IMG/VR virus record: IMGVR_UViG_3300020442_000006
Location: 123,494-187,493 of that record
Strand: one strand, 5' to 3'
DNA from: a virus
DNA: 64,000 bases
Of this stretch, positions 44,591 through 52,999 are shown piece by piece. The notes beneath the pieces are model-generated. The model worked only from the letters and a program-made list of their open reading frames with translations, was not told where the DNA came from and did not search any database. The stretch's first letter is position 1; each line of letters opens with the position of its first letter. The translations under genes were made by a program, and so were the position numbers.

Positions 44591-46051
44591 CTATTCTCCT
44601 AGTTTGATCTTTGTGATTGAATAGTCGAACTTCTCATCCTTATAAGTACGAATACGTTCAACTAAATGGTTCAAGGTTGCATTATTAAAATGACCATTGC
44701 TTATATCATCAGCAAAATCATATAGAGTTGCTTGACCTTTCGAGTCGTGCTTCCGTAATGCTCTACCAATAGACTGAAGATTGCGAATCCTAGACTTTGA
44801 TGGAGATGCAAATATTACATTATGTAAGTTTTTTATATTGATACCAGTTGAGAACGTCCCGTACGATGCAAGGATGATTGCATTGTCTGTGTTCTCACAA
44901 ATCTGGCGTGCTTCTTCTCTTTCGTCTGTCGGAACCTTTCCGTGTATAAAGAAGATACGCTTATCTCCTCCCTTGCTATTTATCATTTCGTAAAGAGGTT
45001 CTCCGTGTTTCTCCACGTAGTTGAATAGAACCAGAGTATTCCCAGGTAAGTCTCGCGCAAGACCAGTAATAATTTTATTTCGTTTCTCGTGAGTTATGAT
45101 ATAATTAATCTCATCTTGATAGTCAGCGAAGCGAGTATAATTATGCTTACACAACAGGATGTTTATCTTCAGTTCAGTCAGATGTCCTTTCTTCTGCAGA
45201 TCCTTTGTGCGTATAGCATTATTCACCTTGCCAAACATACCTTCCAGTTGCAGTTGATGACACTGCATACCGTCAAGGGTGCCAGTCAATCCAATTCTGT
45301 ACTTGGCATTGTGGCATTTATTGAGGATTCCTGTTAGCGACTTTGCTTTGTAGAGGTGCGCTTCATCACCGATAACAACATCAAACCTATTAAAGTAATT
45401 TTTAGACTCCTTGTAGATAGATTGCCACGTAGATATGACGACAGGACTCTCTGTATAACGTTCTCTTCCTCCGTAGATCTTGTGAATGGTGTCGCGAGCG
45501 TAGAATCCATACTGTTCAATGTCTTTATAAAGTTGTTCAACCAGTGAGGTTGTGGGTACGATAATTAATATCTCTCTCTTATATTGCAGATGCCACCTGA
45601 GAAGACAATAGATTATGAAGGATTTTCCAGATCCAGTGGGAGAGAGTAATAGTCTACGGTTGTGCCGAAGTGCTGAATAAACACTTTGGAGTTGGTAATC
45701 TCTCGCCTTGAAAGGAGTACCCAGAGATCTAACAAAACCATTAACTGCCTCGGGTGTGATAAGTGTGTTGACTTCACCTGGTGTACCGCAGAATTTGTTG
45801 TCTTCTATTGTATAAGTATATTGCTTTTTCTGTAACCATTCTTCAAGATAGTGGAACAAACCTAAAGGTAGTTCTCCAGTCCCAGGAGAGTATAGACGGA
45901 TTCTTCCGTCCCAATACTTGTATCTCTTTTGGGTTTTAAGGAACTTTGCATCAGGGACCTCAAATGTGAAGTAGTCAGACAACTCCTTATGTACACTGAG
46001 TTCCGCCCTGATTTTCAGGAACGCTTCATTCTTCTTTTCAATGGTTACCAT
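44591..46051 (-). CDS. uvsW: SF2 helicase UvsW
   Basis: RDYQ, SPTGSGKS, STWQS, DEAH, TGTL, STGINI, QSIGR.LR. Confidence 0.97.
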   Translation of the reverse strand: MVTIEKKNEAFLKIRAELSVHKELSDYFTFEVPDAKFLKTQKRYKYWDGRIRLYSPGTGELPLGLFHYLEEWLQKKQYTYTIEDNKFCGTPGEVNTLITPEAVNGFVRSLGTPFKARDYQLQSVYSALRHNRRLLLSPTGSGKSFIIYCLLRWHLQYKREILIIVPTTSLVEQLYKDIEQYGFYARDTIHKIYGGRERYTESPVVISTWQSIYKESKNYFNRFDVVIGDEAHLYKAKSLTGILNKCHNAKYRIGLTGTLDGMQCHQLQLEGMFGKVNNAIRTKDLQKKGHLTELKINILLCKHNYTRFADYQDEINYIITHEKRNKIITGLARDLPGNTLVLFNYVEKHGEPLYEMINSKGGDKRIFFIHGKVPTDEREEARQICENTDNAIILASYGTFSTGINIKNLHNVIFASPSKSRIRNLQSIGRALRKHDSKGQATLYDFADDISNGHFNNATLNHLVERIRTYKDEKFDYSITKIKLGE

Positions 46052-46473
46052 TAGACAGGGAATTCAAACCGCTTTGCATCAATCGCATTCTTCACTTGGA
46101 ATCCGCGATTGTTAATCATCTTTAAGATGTTCTCAATATAATTTATACAGGTTTCGAAATAAGTTACTCTGAGTGATTGCTTCTGAATCTCTTCATCAGA
46201 ATCTAGGAAGGTGCTTAGATCTCCCTTGAGTACCTTAAGGTCAAAGACCTGTCCCTTGTCATCAGGTTTCTTACCGCTGTACCATAACCACTTCTCACGG
46301 TAAACTCTCTTGAGTTTGAGTTTCTCATCCTCAAGGATTAGTTTGTATTTGTTGTAGTAGATGTGATACTTTTGATGTAGACTTGGTATAACCAGTGACT
46401 CGTTGCCCAAATCCGCCTCATTAAAAATAGAGTCCTTAGACCAGGACTCCTGCAACTCTTCAAGTAGCGCCAT
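46051..46473 (-). CDS. uvsY: Recombination mediator UvsY
   Basis: WSKDS..SL.IP.LH.KY..YSGK..INNRGFQVKNAID. Confidence 0.92.
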   Translation of the reverse strand: MALLEELQESWSKDSIFNEADLGNESLVIPSLHQKYHIYYNKYKLILEDEKLKLKRVYREKWLWYSGKKPDDKGQVFDLKVLKGDLSTFLDSDEEIQKQSLRVTYFETCINYIENILKMINNRGFQVKNAIDAKRFEFPV

Positions 46474-46476
46474 AAT

Positions 46477-47040
46477 TTACTTTAAGTTTTTCTTCCTAGT
46501 ACCTTCGAGACTTTGGATCTCATAGGATAGGTAATCAAATGAACAAATTGCTTGGAAATATTCTTGGTCACTGAGAGTGCCATCAAATTCTAATGTGCTA
46601 AGTTCTACAGGTTTCAAGTTCTTGAAGAGAACATTGTATATTGGTTGGAAATTAGAATTCAAGACAGTCAGTGTACCGTCTGCGAAGATTAGATCTTGTC
46701 CTAATGACTTTGCTTTTGACTTTGTGTCTGTTGCATCGATGAACTCTTGACGCTCCTCGAATCTTTCAGGAACACCAAGACCACGGATCCAGTTATGTAG
46801 GATAAGATAGTTCTCCATATCTTCATCTACAAGAAACTGTAGATTAAAACGACCGTAGTCTATAGTACCCTCAATGTAGGTATCTCTATATGGAGTAGGT
46901 TGCTCAACCAAACTTAAAGAGATGTTTGGTATGTTTGCCATTTGTGCCAAGTAACTAACCTTAGGATACTTAGCAAGTGTAAAGCGAAACCCACCTGGTG
47001 AGAGGAAATTCCTATTGCTTATTTGCGTTTGAAAAGACAT
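46477..47040 (-). CDS. g3: Tail tube terminator / completion protein (gp3)
   Basis: NFLSPGGF, ANIP.I, FLVDEDMENY..LHNWI, F..L.P..LS.L.F. Confidence 0.88.
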   Translation of the reverse strand: MSFQTQISNRNFLSPGGFRFTLAKYPKVSYLAQMANIPNISLSLVEQPTPYRDTYIEGTIDYGRFNLQFLVDEDMENYLILHNWIRGLGVPERFEERQEFIDATDTKSKAKSLGQDLIFADGTLTVLNSNFQPIYNVLFKNLKPVELSTLEFDGTLSDQEYFQAICSFDYLSYEIQSLEGTRKKNLK

Positions 47041-47071
47041 TATCTATTTTGTGGTGTTTCGCCAATTCTAT

Positions 47072-47239
47072 TTATTCACGATATTCTTGGAGTATATGAA
47101 GGACACGATTAAGCATAAAGTGGGCACCATCTTCCCAGTCCTTAGACGCTCCGTGATAAGTCCCATTAAAAATTTCTGTTTTTAGTTTGAGAACCTTGAC
47201 GTTCATCTCATCTTTTGTCACGTAGTTACGCCCTGACAT
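47072..47239 (-). CDS. Small hypothetical protein, 55 aa
   Basis: Translated by hand: MSGRNYVTKDEMNVKVLKLKTEIFNGTYHGASKDWEDGAHFMLNRVLHILQEYRE; TAAATA upstream. Confidence 0.65.
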   Translation of the reverse strand: MSGRNYVTKDEMNVKVLKLKTEIFNGTYHGASKDWEDGAHFMLNRVLHILQEYRE

Positions 47240-47272
47240 ATGATACAGTATCTTAATTATACAGTATTTAAT

Positions 47273-47299
47273 AAAAAAAGGACCCCGAAGGATCCTTTT
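47273..47299 (-). terminator. Rho-independent terminator after g23
   Basis: AAAAGGATCC-TTCG-GGGTCCTTTTTTT. Confidence 0.88.
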
Positions 47300-47322
47300 G
47301 ATGACTGAATATAAGCGATCGC

Positions 47323-48690
47323 TTACATAAGGTTGTCAACCAAACTACGTCTGTAGTAACGGTTAGCGTTAGCAGTAAGAGCGCCACTACCCTGAGTTGT
47401 ACCTTCAGCAAATGGGTTTGCAACAAGACCGTATCTTGTCTTAAATCCGATTTTTGGTTGGAAGGTGTCCTGACCAACGGCTCTAACCATTTGGAGAGGA
47501 ACATAAGGACAGTAGAACAGACCTGCATCATATGCAGAACTACCCTTGTAACCTGCGACATAGAAGTGTCTGTCGCTGATGTTAGCAGAATAAGGATCAA
47601 CATAAACCTTGATTCTACCGTTAAGAGTACCAGCAAGTGTGCTGGAGTTGTCATCAGGAAGAAGGTTGCTGTTGCCTGAAAGTGCGGGTGTGTAGTCAAG
47701 AACGCCTGCCATTGACAATGCAGATGCAACGTCAGCAGAACAGATCAGGATGTTACCCTTACCGCGTCTTGTCTCGTGCCCGATGGCATTCATATCTCTT
47801 TCGATGTTGAAGAGAAGACCTTTGAACTTCTCAACTGACCATCTACCGTTGGAGTCAACGTCAAGATCGAAAATACCTGCAGTTGCTGTGTTTGACTGAG
47901 AACCAGGTCTTGCAACCTTGTACACAGTTCTAACAACTTCACGGTTGATCTCAGCAAGAACCTCAGTAGACAAGATGTTTGCCAACTCAGATTCAGCGTC
48001 AAGTCCGTGAACTGCCTTAAGATCTTGAGCAAGTTCCAAACTGTACTCTGCCTTGAGTGCTCTGGACTTCGCAGTCACAGTAACTTTCTCAATGCTGAAG
48101 TTCATTTCAGCGAAGGCATTAGAACCAGTACCGAGAGTCTCAGACTCATCAGTTCTCATTCCTGTACCGTTGGTGTATGTACCAGAGTCATTAAGAAGAC
48201 CTGGGTTTGATCCTGCCTGAGCAGAACCTGCAGAACCGAAACCGCTAGTTCCTGCGGCGTCAGTACCTGTGAATTGTGAATCTGCTTCGTTGAAGAATGC
48301 TTCGTCACCAGATGCTCTGTTAGTACCGTATCTAGATCTCATTGCGAAGATCAGACCAGTAGGACCAGTCATAGGTTGAACGCCTGCAATGTCATAAGCA
48401 ATAAGCTTAGGCATTGAACGTCTGATCAAGGAGATCAGAACAGGGTCGAAACCTGCAACAGGACCAGTTGCTGTAGCGTCAGCAGAGAAACCTGCTGCAC
48501 TGCTTGAAGAACCTGTAGAGTTAGTAGGTGCTGCCTCAGTAAGGATGCCTCTTTCTTCCTTCAGGAATGATTCTTGGTTTTCGAGCAGGATTGCGGTGAC
48601 CGCCTTTTTGTAGTTGTCCTTGATGGAATCAAGACCCTCACAATTAAGAACGGGTGACCACTTCTCCTGCAGATGCTCGGATTTGAACAT
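47323..48690 (-). CDS. g23: Major capsid protein (gp23)
   Basis: KWSPVL, LENQE, FDPVLISLIRR, GVQPM.GPTG, KSRALKAEY, FYCPYVPL, GFKTRYG. Confidence 0.99.
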   Translation of the reverse strand: MFKSEHLQEKWSPVLNCEGLDSIKDNYKKAVTAILLENQESFLKEERGILTEAAPTNSTGSSSSAAGFSADATATGPVAGFDPVLISLIRRSMPKLIAYDIAGVQPMTGPTGLIFAMRSRYGTNRASGDEAFFNEADSQFTGTDAAGTSGFGSAGSAQAGSNPGLLNDSGTYTNGTGMRTDESETLGTGSNAFAEMNFSIEKVTVTAKSRALKAEYSLELAQDLKAVHGLDAESELANILSTEVLAEINREVVRTVYKVARPGSQSNTATAGIFDLDVDSNGRWSVEKFKGLLFNIERDMNAIGHETRRGKGNILICSADVASALSMAGVLDYTPALSGNSNLLPDDNSSTLAGTLNGRIKVYVDPYSANISDRHFYVAGYKGSSAYDAGLFYCPYVPLQMVRAVGQDTFQPKIGFKTRYGLVANPFAEGTTQGSGALTANANRYYRRSLVDNLM

Positions 48691-48741
48691 TTGCTTTATA
48701 CCTCTTTGGGTTTATAGGGAAAAATAGTTTTAATGACTAAA

Positions 48742-49734
48742 TCACTTAGTCCAACGACGGAGTGCATCAACGTACTTAGACATTGAATCCGTCATCTCTG
48801 TATCCACAACAGGTTGTACATCCTCAGCGATCGTTTCTGCTGCAACGCTAGGTTTGCCGCTGAAGTACGACTCTCTAAGAGTCTCGATTTTGCTGCGGAA
48901 TGACTCTTCATCTTCAAACTCAACACCTTCAGAGAGACCTTGGAGTTTCTCTTTCTCGGTAGATGCGAGACCTTCTGCGATCTCACTCACGATCCCATTC
49001 TTAGCGAACGATGCAACTTCATTTGTAAGTGCAATGTTCTTATCAATTTGTTCGTTGAGTTTTGCTTCCATCTCATCTAGTTCAGTCACCATATCGGTAA
49101 TGATGTCTGCTTTTTCTTCGGGAACTTCAATGTGGTTCTCGATGAAAACTTGTTTAAGTCCACTAACTACGCTCTCTGCGATCTCTGCTTTGAGACCAGT
49201 TTCAACAGCGAGTTGGTTAGCATCGATCCATTGCTGACAAGCATATGTAAGATACTCATCTACCTGCTCAGCAAGGGAAGACTTAATGCTTTCGACTTCC
49301 TCTGAAAGAGTAGCAGCATATTCAGTGTGAACACGCTCTAGTTCTTCATTCAGTCTTGATACGACAGCAGCTTCAAAGATAGTTGCTGCTTTTGTTTTGA
49401 ACTCTTCAGAAAGATCTTCGCCTTCTGTAAGAGCAGCAACATCCTGAGAGACATCGATCTCAATAAGATCTTCGCCTTCAGCATTTTCTGCTTCCACTGA
49501 TTCGTGCTTCTTAGGTGAAGCATCGGAAGGTTTTGTCTTTGGTGATGCTGCCTGTGTTTGTGATGGAGTCTTCAGTTTGTTTGACTCATCATCAGGTTTT
49601 GAGTTCTGAGGTGTAGGACCTCCGAGATTCTCAACGCCACCCAAAGAAGAACCGTCAGCAACAGCACCGTCGAATTTTGCTTCGGTGACTTCCTGCTTTT
49701 CTTCGGATGCCATTACTTCATTCTCTTGTGACAT
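48742..49734 (-). CDS. g22: Prohead scaffold protein (gp22)
   Basis: Acidic; LSEEFK.KAATIFEAAV, YL.Y...W...N.LA, F..K...LRESYF. Confidence 0.93.
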   Translation of the reverse strand: MSQENEVMASEEKQEVTEAKFDGAVADGSSLGGVENLGGPTPQNSKPDDESNKLKTPSQTQAASPKTKPSDASPKKHESVEAENAEGEDLIEIDVSQDVAALTEGEDLSEEFKTKAATIFEAAVVSRLNEELERVHTEYAATLSEEVESIKSSLAEQVDEYLTYACQQWIDANQLAVETGLKAEIAESVVSGLKQVFIENHIEVPEEKADIITDMVTELDEMEAKLNEQIDKNIALTNEVASFAKNGIVSEIAEGLASTEKEKLQGLSEGVEFEDEESFRSKIETLRESYFSGKPSVAAETIAEDVQPVVDTEMTDSMSKYVDALRRWTK

Positions 49735-49782
49735 TAGAGTTGTCTCCTTAGTAGTCTTTGCTATTCGTAAAAATATTTATAC

Positions 49783-50433
49783 TCACAGGGAGTTTAAGAA
49801 TTTTGAAAACGCGGAAATCTTCCGCTCTTCAAGAATCTTGCTACTGGCAGCATTGTCAATTTGCCTCTTCATATGGTTAATTTCAGACTCTTGAATGATT
49901 CCGTTATTCCAGATCCATTCTTTGCCTTCCATAATTCCATTGACAAAAGCATCGGGTGCTGAAGGATCAGCAACAATGTCTGCTGCGGTTGCCAACATAA
50001 AATCATCAGCAACTACTTTTGCTCCGTCACGAGTTTCTTGGAGTGAACCAATTCCACGTGATGAAACACCTAGTTTCACGCCTTCACCCAAAAGGTTCTT
50101 AGCGATGTTACCCATAGGAGTATCTAGGATTCTTGCTCTTCCTCTGAAGTTGTTACCTTCTTGGACTAGCGATGTGATCAAATGTGATACACGGTCGAGG
50201 TTAACTGTTGGTCCATCAGGATGTCCCAGTTCGCCGAGGGCGCGACCATTTTTAACAAAAGATTCATTGTATTTATCAACTTCTCTACGGAGTGTGTTGA
50301 TAGGGTACATTCTTCCATTGCGATTTTTGATCTCGCCTTGTAGGAATGTTCCTTCTATGTATAGATTTTTCTTACCGTTCTTCTCCTCAGAAAGGATCTG
50401 AACGTCTTCAATCTGTTCCGTAATCAGTTTCAT
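49783..50433 (-). CDS. g21: Prohead protease (gp21)
   Basis: MKLITE, YIEGTFLQ, NRNGR.YP, GELGHP, GVSSRG.GS, DIVADPSAP. Confidence 0.98.
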   Translation of the reverse strand: MKLITEQIEDVQILSEEKNGKKNLYIEGTFLQGEIKNRNGRMYPINTLRREVDKYNESFVKNGRALGELGHPDGPTVNLDRVSHLITSLVQEGNNFRGRARILDTPMGNIAKNLLGEGVKLGVSSRGIGSLQETRDGAKVVADDFMLATAADIVADPSAPDAFVNGIMEGKEWIWNNGIIQESEINHMKRQIDNAASSKILEERKISAFSKFLNSL

Positions 50434-50602
50434 TTGGTTCCTCTTGAGTTTCAGGTTGCATCCAGTCACCTGCAATTTCCTTTTTCTTTGCTTCTAGAGC
50501 ATCGGCGGTAATTGCTTTCATCGCATCATCAACTTCACTACTGAGATCTTTCGATCCCGAAAAGATTTTGTTGACGATTTCTTTCGCTTGAATTGATGGC
50601 AT
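50408..50602 (-). CDS. Prohead core protein (gp67/68-like)
   Basis: Small helical protein between g20 and g21. Confidence 0.65.
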   Translation of the reverse strand: MPSIQAKEIVNKIFSGSKDLSSEVDDAMKAITADALEAKKKEIAGDWMQPETQEEPNETDYGTD

Positions 50603-50626
50603 AATAAATGTCCTCGTACTTAATAT

Positions 50627-52252
50627 TTAGAATTCTCCGCGTTTATAGTCTGCAGGAGGAATAGACTCAACACCTGTTGGACCCTCTTCTTCCATCTCTT
50701 CTCCCTCCATTCCTTCTGCTCCAGGTGCCATAGGTTCACCTGTCATAGGATCAATAGAGGCAGGATCAGGGATCTTACCCTCTTCAATTTCCTTCTCAAT
50801 CTGATCATCGATCTCATTCATTTCCGCATCAGTATGCTTAAGAATTTGACGACGAATATATTCAGCAGAGAAGTATCTACCAACGAAAGGATCCATTGTC
50901 TGAACTAGGTTTAGACGCTCTGTAAGGATCTCTTTCTCTTTAAGTTCAGAGAAATAGTTGTCAGCAACATAGTCATACTGAATATGCTCTGCCATATCAT
51001 CCCACTCTTCAATGCTGATAACACCTTTCAGAATGAGTTGTGTCTTGAGTAGATCGTGAAGCAGTTCAGAGAACTTCTTACGCAGACGAGTTACGAACTT
51101 TTGGAACTTAATCTCGTCACGTGTGATCTCTGCTGCGCGACCTAGGTTAAAGGTTGACTCTGATTCCAGACGTGACTCAGGTACATTTAATGCACGGTAG
51201 AGTTTCTTCTGGAAGTATTTGACATCCTCAAGTTCTCCAAGATTCTGTCCACCTGGGAGCGTAGTGATTTCAGTTCCTCTACCGCCTTCCCTTCTGGGTA
51301 ACCAGAAATCTTCGAGCATCGACATAAATTTTCTGTCATCTCTGATCTCTCCTGTGTCTGCGTTATAAACCAACTTGTTTCTATAACGAGACATAACCTC
51401 GCGGAGATATTGTTCTGCCTTTTGCTTAGGAAGATTACCAACATCAATATAGAAAATACGACGCTCAGGTGCTCTTGACAGTCTGTAGATAACAAGACTA
51501 TCTTCGATCATCCTCAGTTGGTTGAGTGCCTTGATTGCTTTATGAAGATGTGACATAATCACATTCTTATTCATATCTTTCAAACCACTGTGGGCGAAAG
51601 CGATTGCATCAGGGGCAACCTTGATACCTGCAGTCTCCATTCCTCGGAGACCTTTAGGGTTGTAAACGTAATACTCTGCGGACTTAGGAGCAATCTGTGC
51701 TTCCATTGTCCTTGGGTCAACAAAGGTCTTATCTTTAGGACGCTCTAGTTCAATTACTTTTCTGATCTTTCTAGGATCAATGTATCTGAGTTCTGTGATA
51801 CCACCTCTAGGGTTCTTGGTATCAATCATCTTGTGATAGTAAATCTTTCCGTCAATATACCAACGACGGAAGATGTCGTATGCCTTCTTATCAAAGTCAA
51901 GAAGACGGAGAATATTAAAGAACTCCTCTCTAATTTTCTTCTTAATACCTGCACTGACCTTGAGGTTAGACAACTCAACATCCACAGGAGTGTCATCTAA
52001 CTCACCTGCGATTGCTTCATTAACCACATCATCGATAGCACGATCACACTCAGGGTGGATCGACATTGCGCGGTATCGACGAATCAGGTCGTTTTCATCT
52101 TTGTATGTTCCATCAAGATCGATGGCGGTACCAAAATAACCACCACCTGCAACGGGGGTCGCTGCATCATCTGACTCTTTACGCACGAAAGAAGGACCCT
52201 TCGCAGAGTCCTTCTTGGCACGTTCAAGAGAATAACCAAAAAGTTGGGACAT
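50627..52252 (-). CDS. g20: Portal protein (gp20)
   Basis: RRWYIDG, IEDSLVIYRLSRAPERRIFYIDVGN, EDFWLPRREGGRGTEI. Confidence 0.99.
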   Translation of the reverse strand: MSQLFGYSLERAKKDSAKGPSFVRKESDDAATPVAGGGYFGTAIDLDGTYKDENDLIRRYRAMSIHPECDRAIDDVVNEAIAGELDDTPVDVELSNLKVSAGIKKKIREEFFNILRLLDFDKKAYDIFRRWYIDGKIYYHKMIDTKNPRGGITELRYIDPRKIRKVIELERPKDKTFVDPRTMEAQIAPKSAEYYVYNPKGLRGMETAGIKVAPDAIAFAHSGLKDMNKNVIMSHLHKAIKALNQLRMIEDSLVIYRLSRAPERRIFYIDVGNLPKQKAEQYLREVMSRYRNKLVYNADTGEIRDDRKFMSMLEDFWLPRREGGRGTEITTLPGGQNLGELEDVKYFQKKLYRALNVPESRLESESTFNLGRAAEITRDEIKFQKFVTRLRKKFSELLHDLLKTQLILKGVISIEEWDDMAEHIQYDYVADNYFSELKEKEILTERLNLVQTMDPFVGRYFSAEYIRRQILKHTDAEMNEIDDQIEKEIEEGKIPDPASIDPMTGEPMAPGAEGMEGEEMEEEGPTGVESIPPADYKRGEF

Positions 52253-52296
52253 CTAATTATTAGAATTTTCTTCCCAACTATTTATACGGTTTCAAA

Positions 52297-52971
52297 TTAA
52301 CCGCCTGAGTTACCAGTGTTGATGTCTGTGTCGTAGGTCCAGTATTGTACTTGGAATTCAACGGTGTACTCTTCAGGAGTATCGTTGGTTCCCCAGTCAA
52401 GATCGATTGCAGAAATGTTAGATGGCCAGATACCTTCGAACTTGTAAGTACGAATGATCTTACCTTTTCTATCCATCTGTCTAACCTTTGCTGTCGCTTG
52501 ATAATCAGCGATAGTGTTAGCGTTCTGGAAGTTCTGCTGCAGTGCTTGAATGTTGGTTGACCAAGATTCGAAGAATGCTCTGAACTTGAAGGACTGGTCA
52601 TTAAGAACAGTCACTGTCCAAGGTTCAAAGGTTCTGTCGCCTGCTACCTTGAGGATTCTTCCTCTGTAAGGTACTTCAACAACACCCACTGTAGATGCAG
52701 GGATGTTTGCTGCCTTCACAAGGAAGGTACCGAAAGCGGATGCTTCGGATGCGTTGAGTTGAGATCCACCTGCAGAGTTCTCGGAAGCATCTGCTGATGA
52801 TCCTGCAACACCACCTGATTGAGGTGATACTCCATCCTGAAGGATTGGAGGTGCATAGATTTCTACTTGGAATAGATTAGGACGTGCAAAGTCCTTAACT
52901 TGATCTCGGAAGGAAAAGATGGGAGCGCGGATTGCGCTCTGCTCCACCTGTCCTGGTTGTGATTCTGCCAT
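52297..52971 (-). CDS. g19: Tail tube protein (gp19)
   Basis: ARPNLF, KAANIPAS, YRGR.LK.AGDRTFEPW, WP.NIS.IDL. Confidence 0.97.
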   Translation of the reverse strand: MAESQPGQVEQSAIRAPIFSFRDQVKDFARPNLFQVEIYAPPILQDGVSPQSGGVAGSSADASENSAGGSQLNASEASAFGTFLVKAANIPASTVGVVEVPYRGRILKVAGDRTFEPWTVTVLNDQSFKFRAFFESWSTNIQALQQNFQNANTIADYQATAKVRQMDRKGKIIRTYKFEGIWPSNISAIDLDWGTNDTPEEYTVEFQVQYWTYDTDINTGNSGG

Positions 52972-52999
52972 TGTTTGTCTCCTAGGTTAGTCTCTTGAA

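Noticed and set aside
47268-47729. 153-aa alternate-frame ORF within g23
   Set aside because: Leu/Val/Thr-rich +1-frame artefact of strong codon bias; the same pattern recurs in g18, g19 and 9783..10190.
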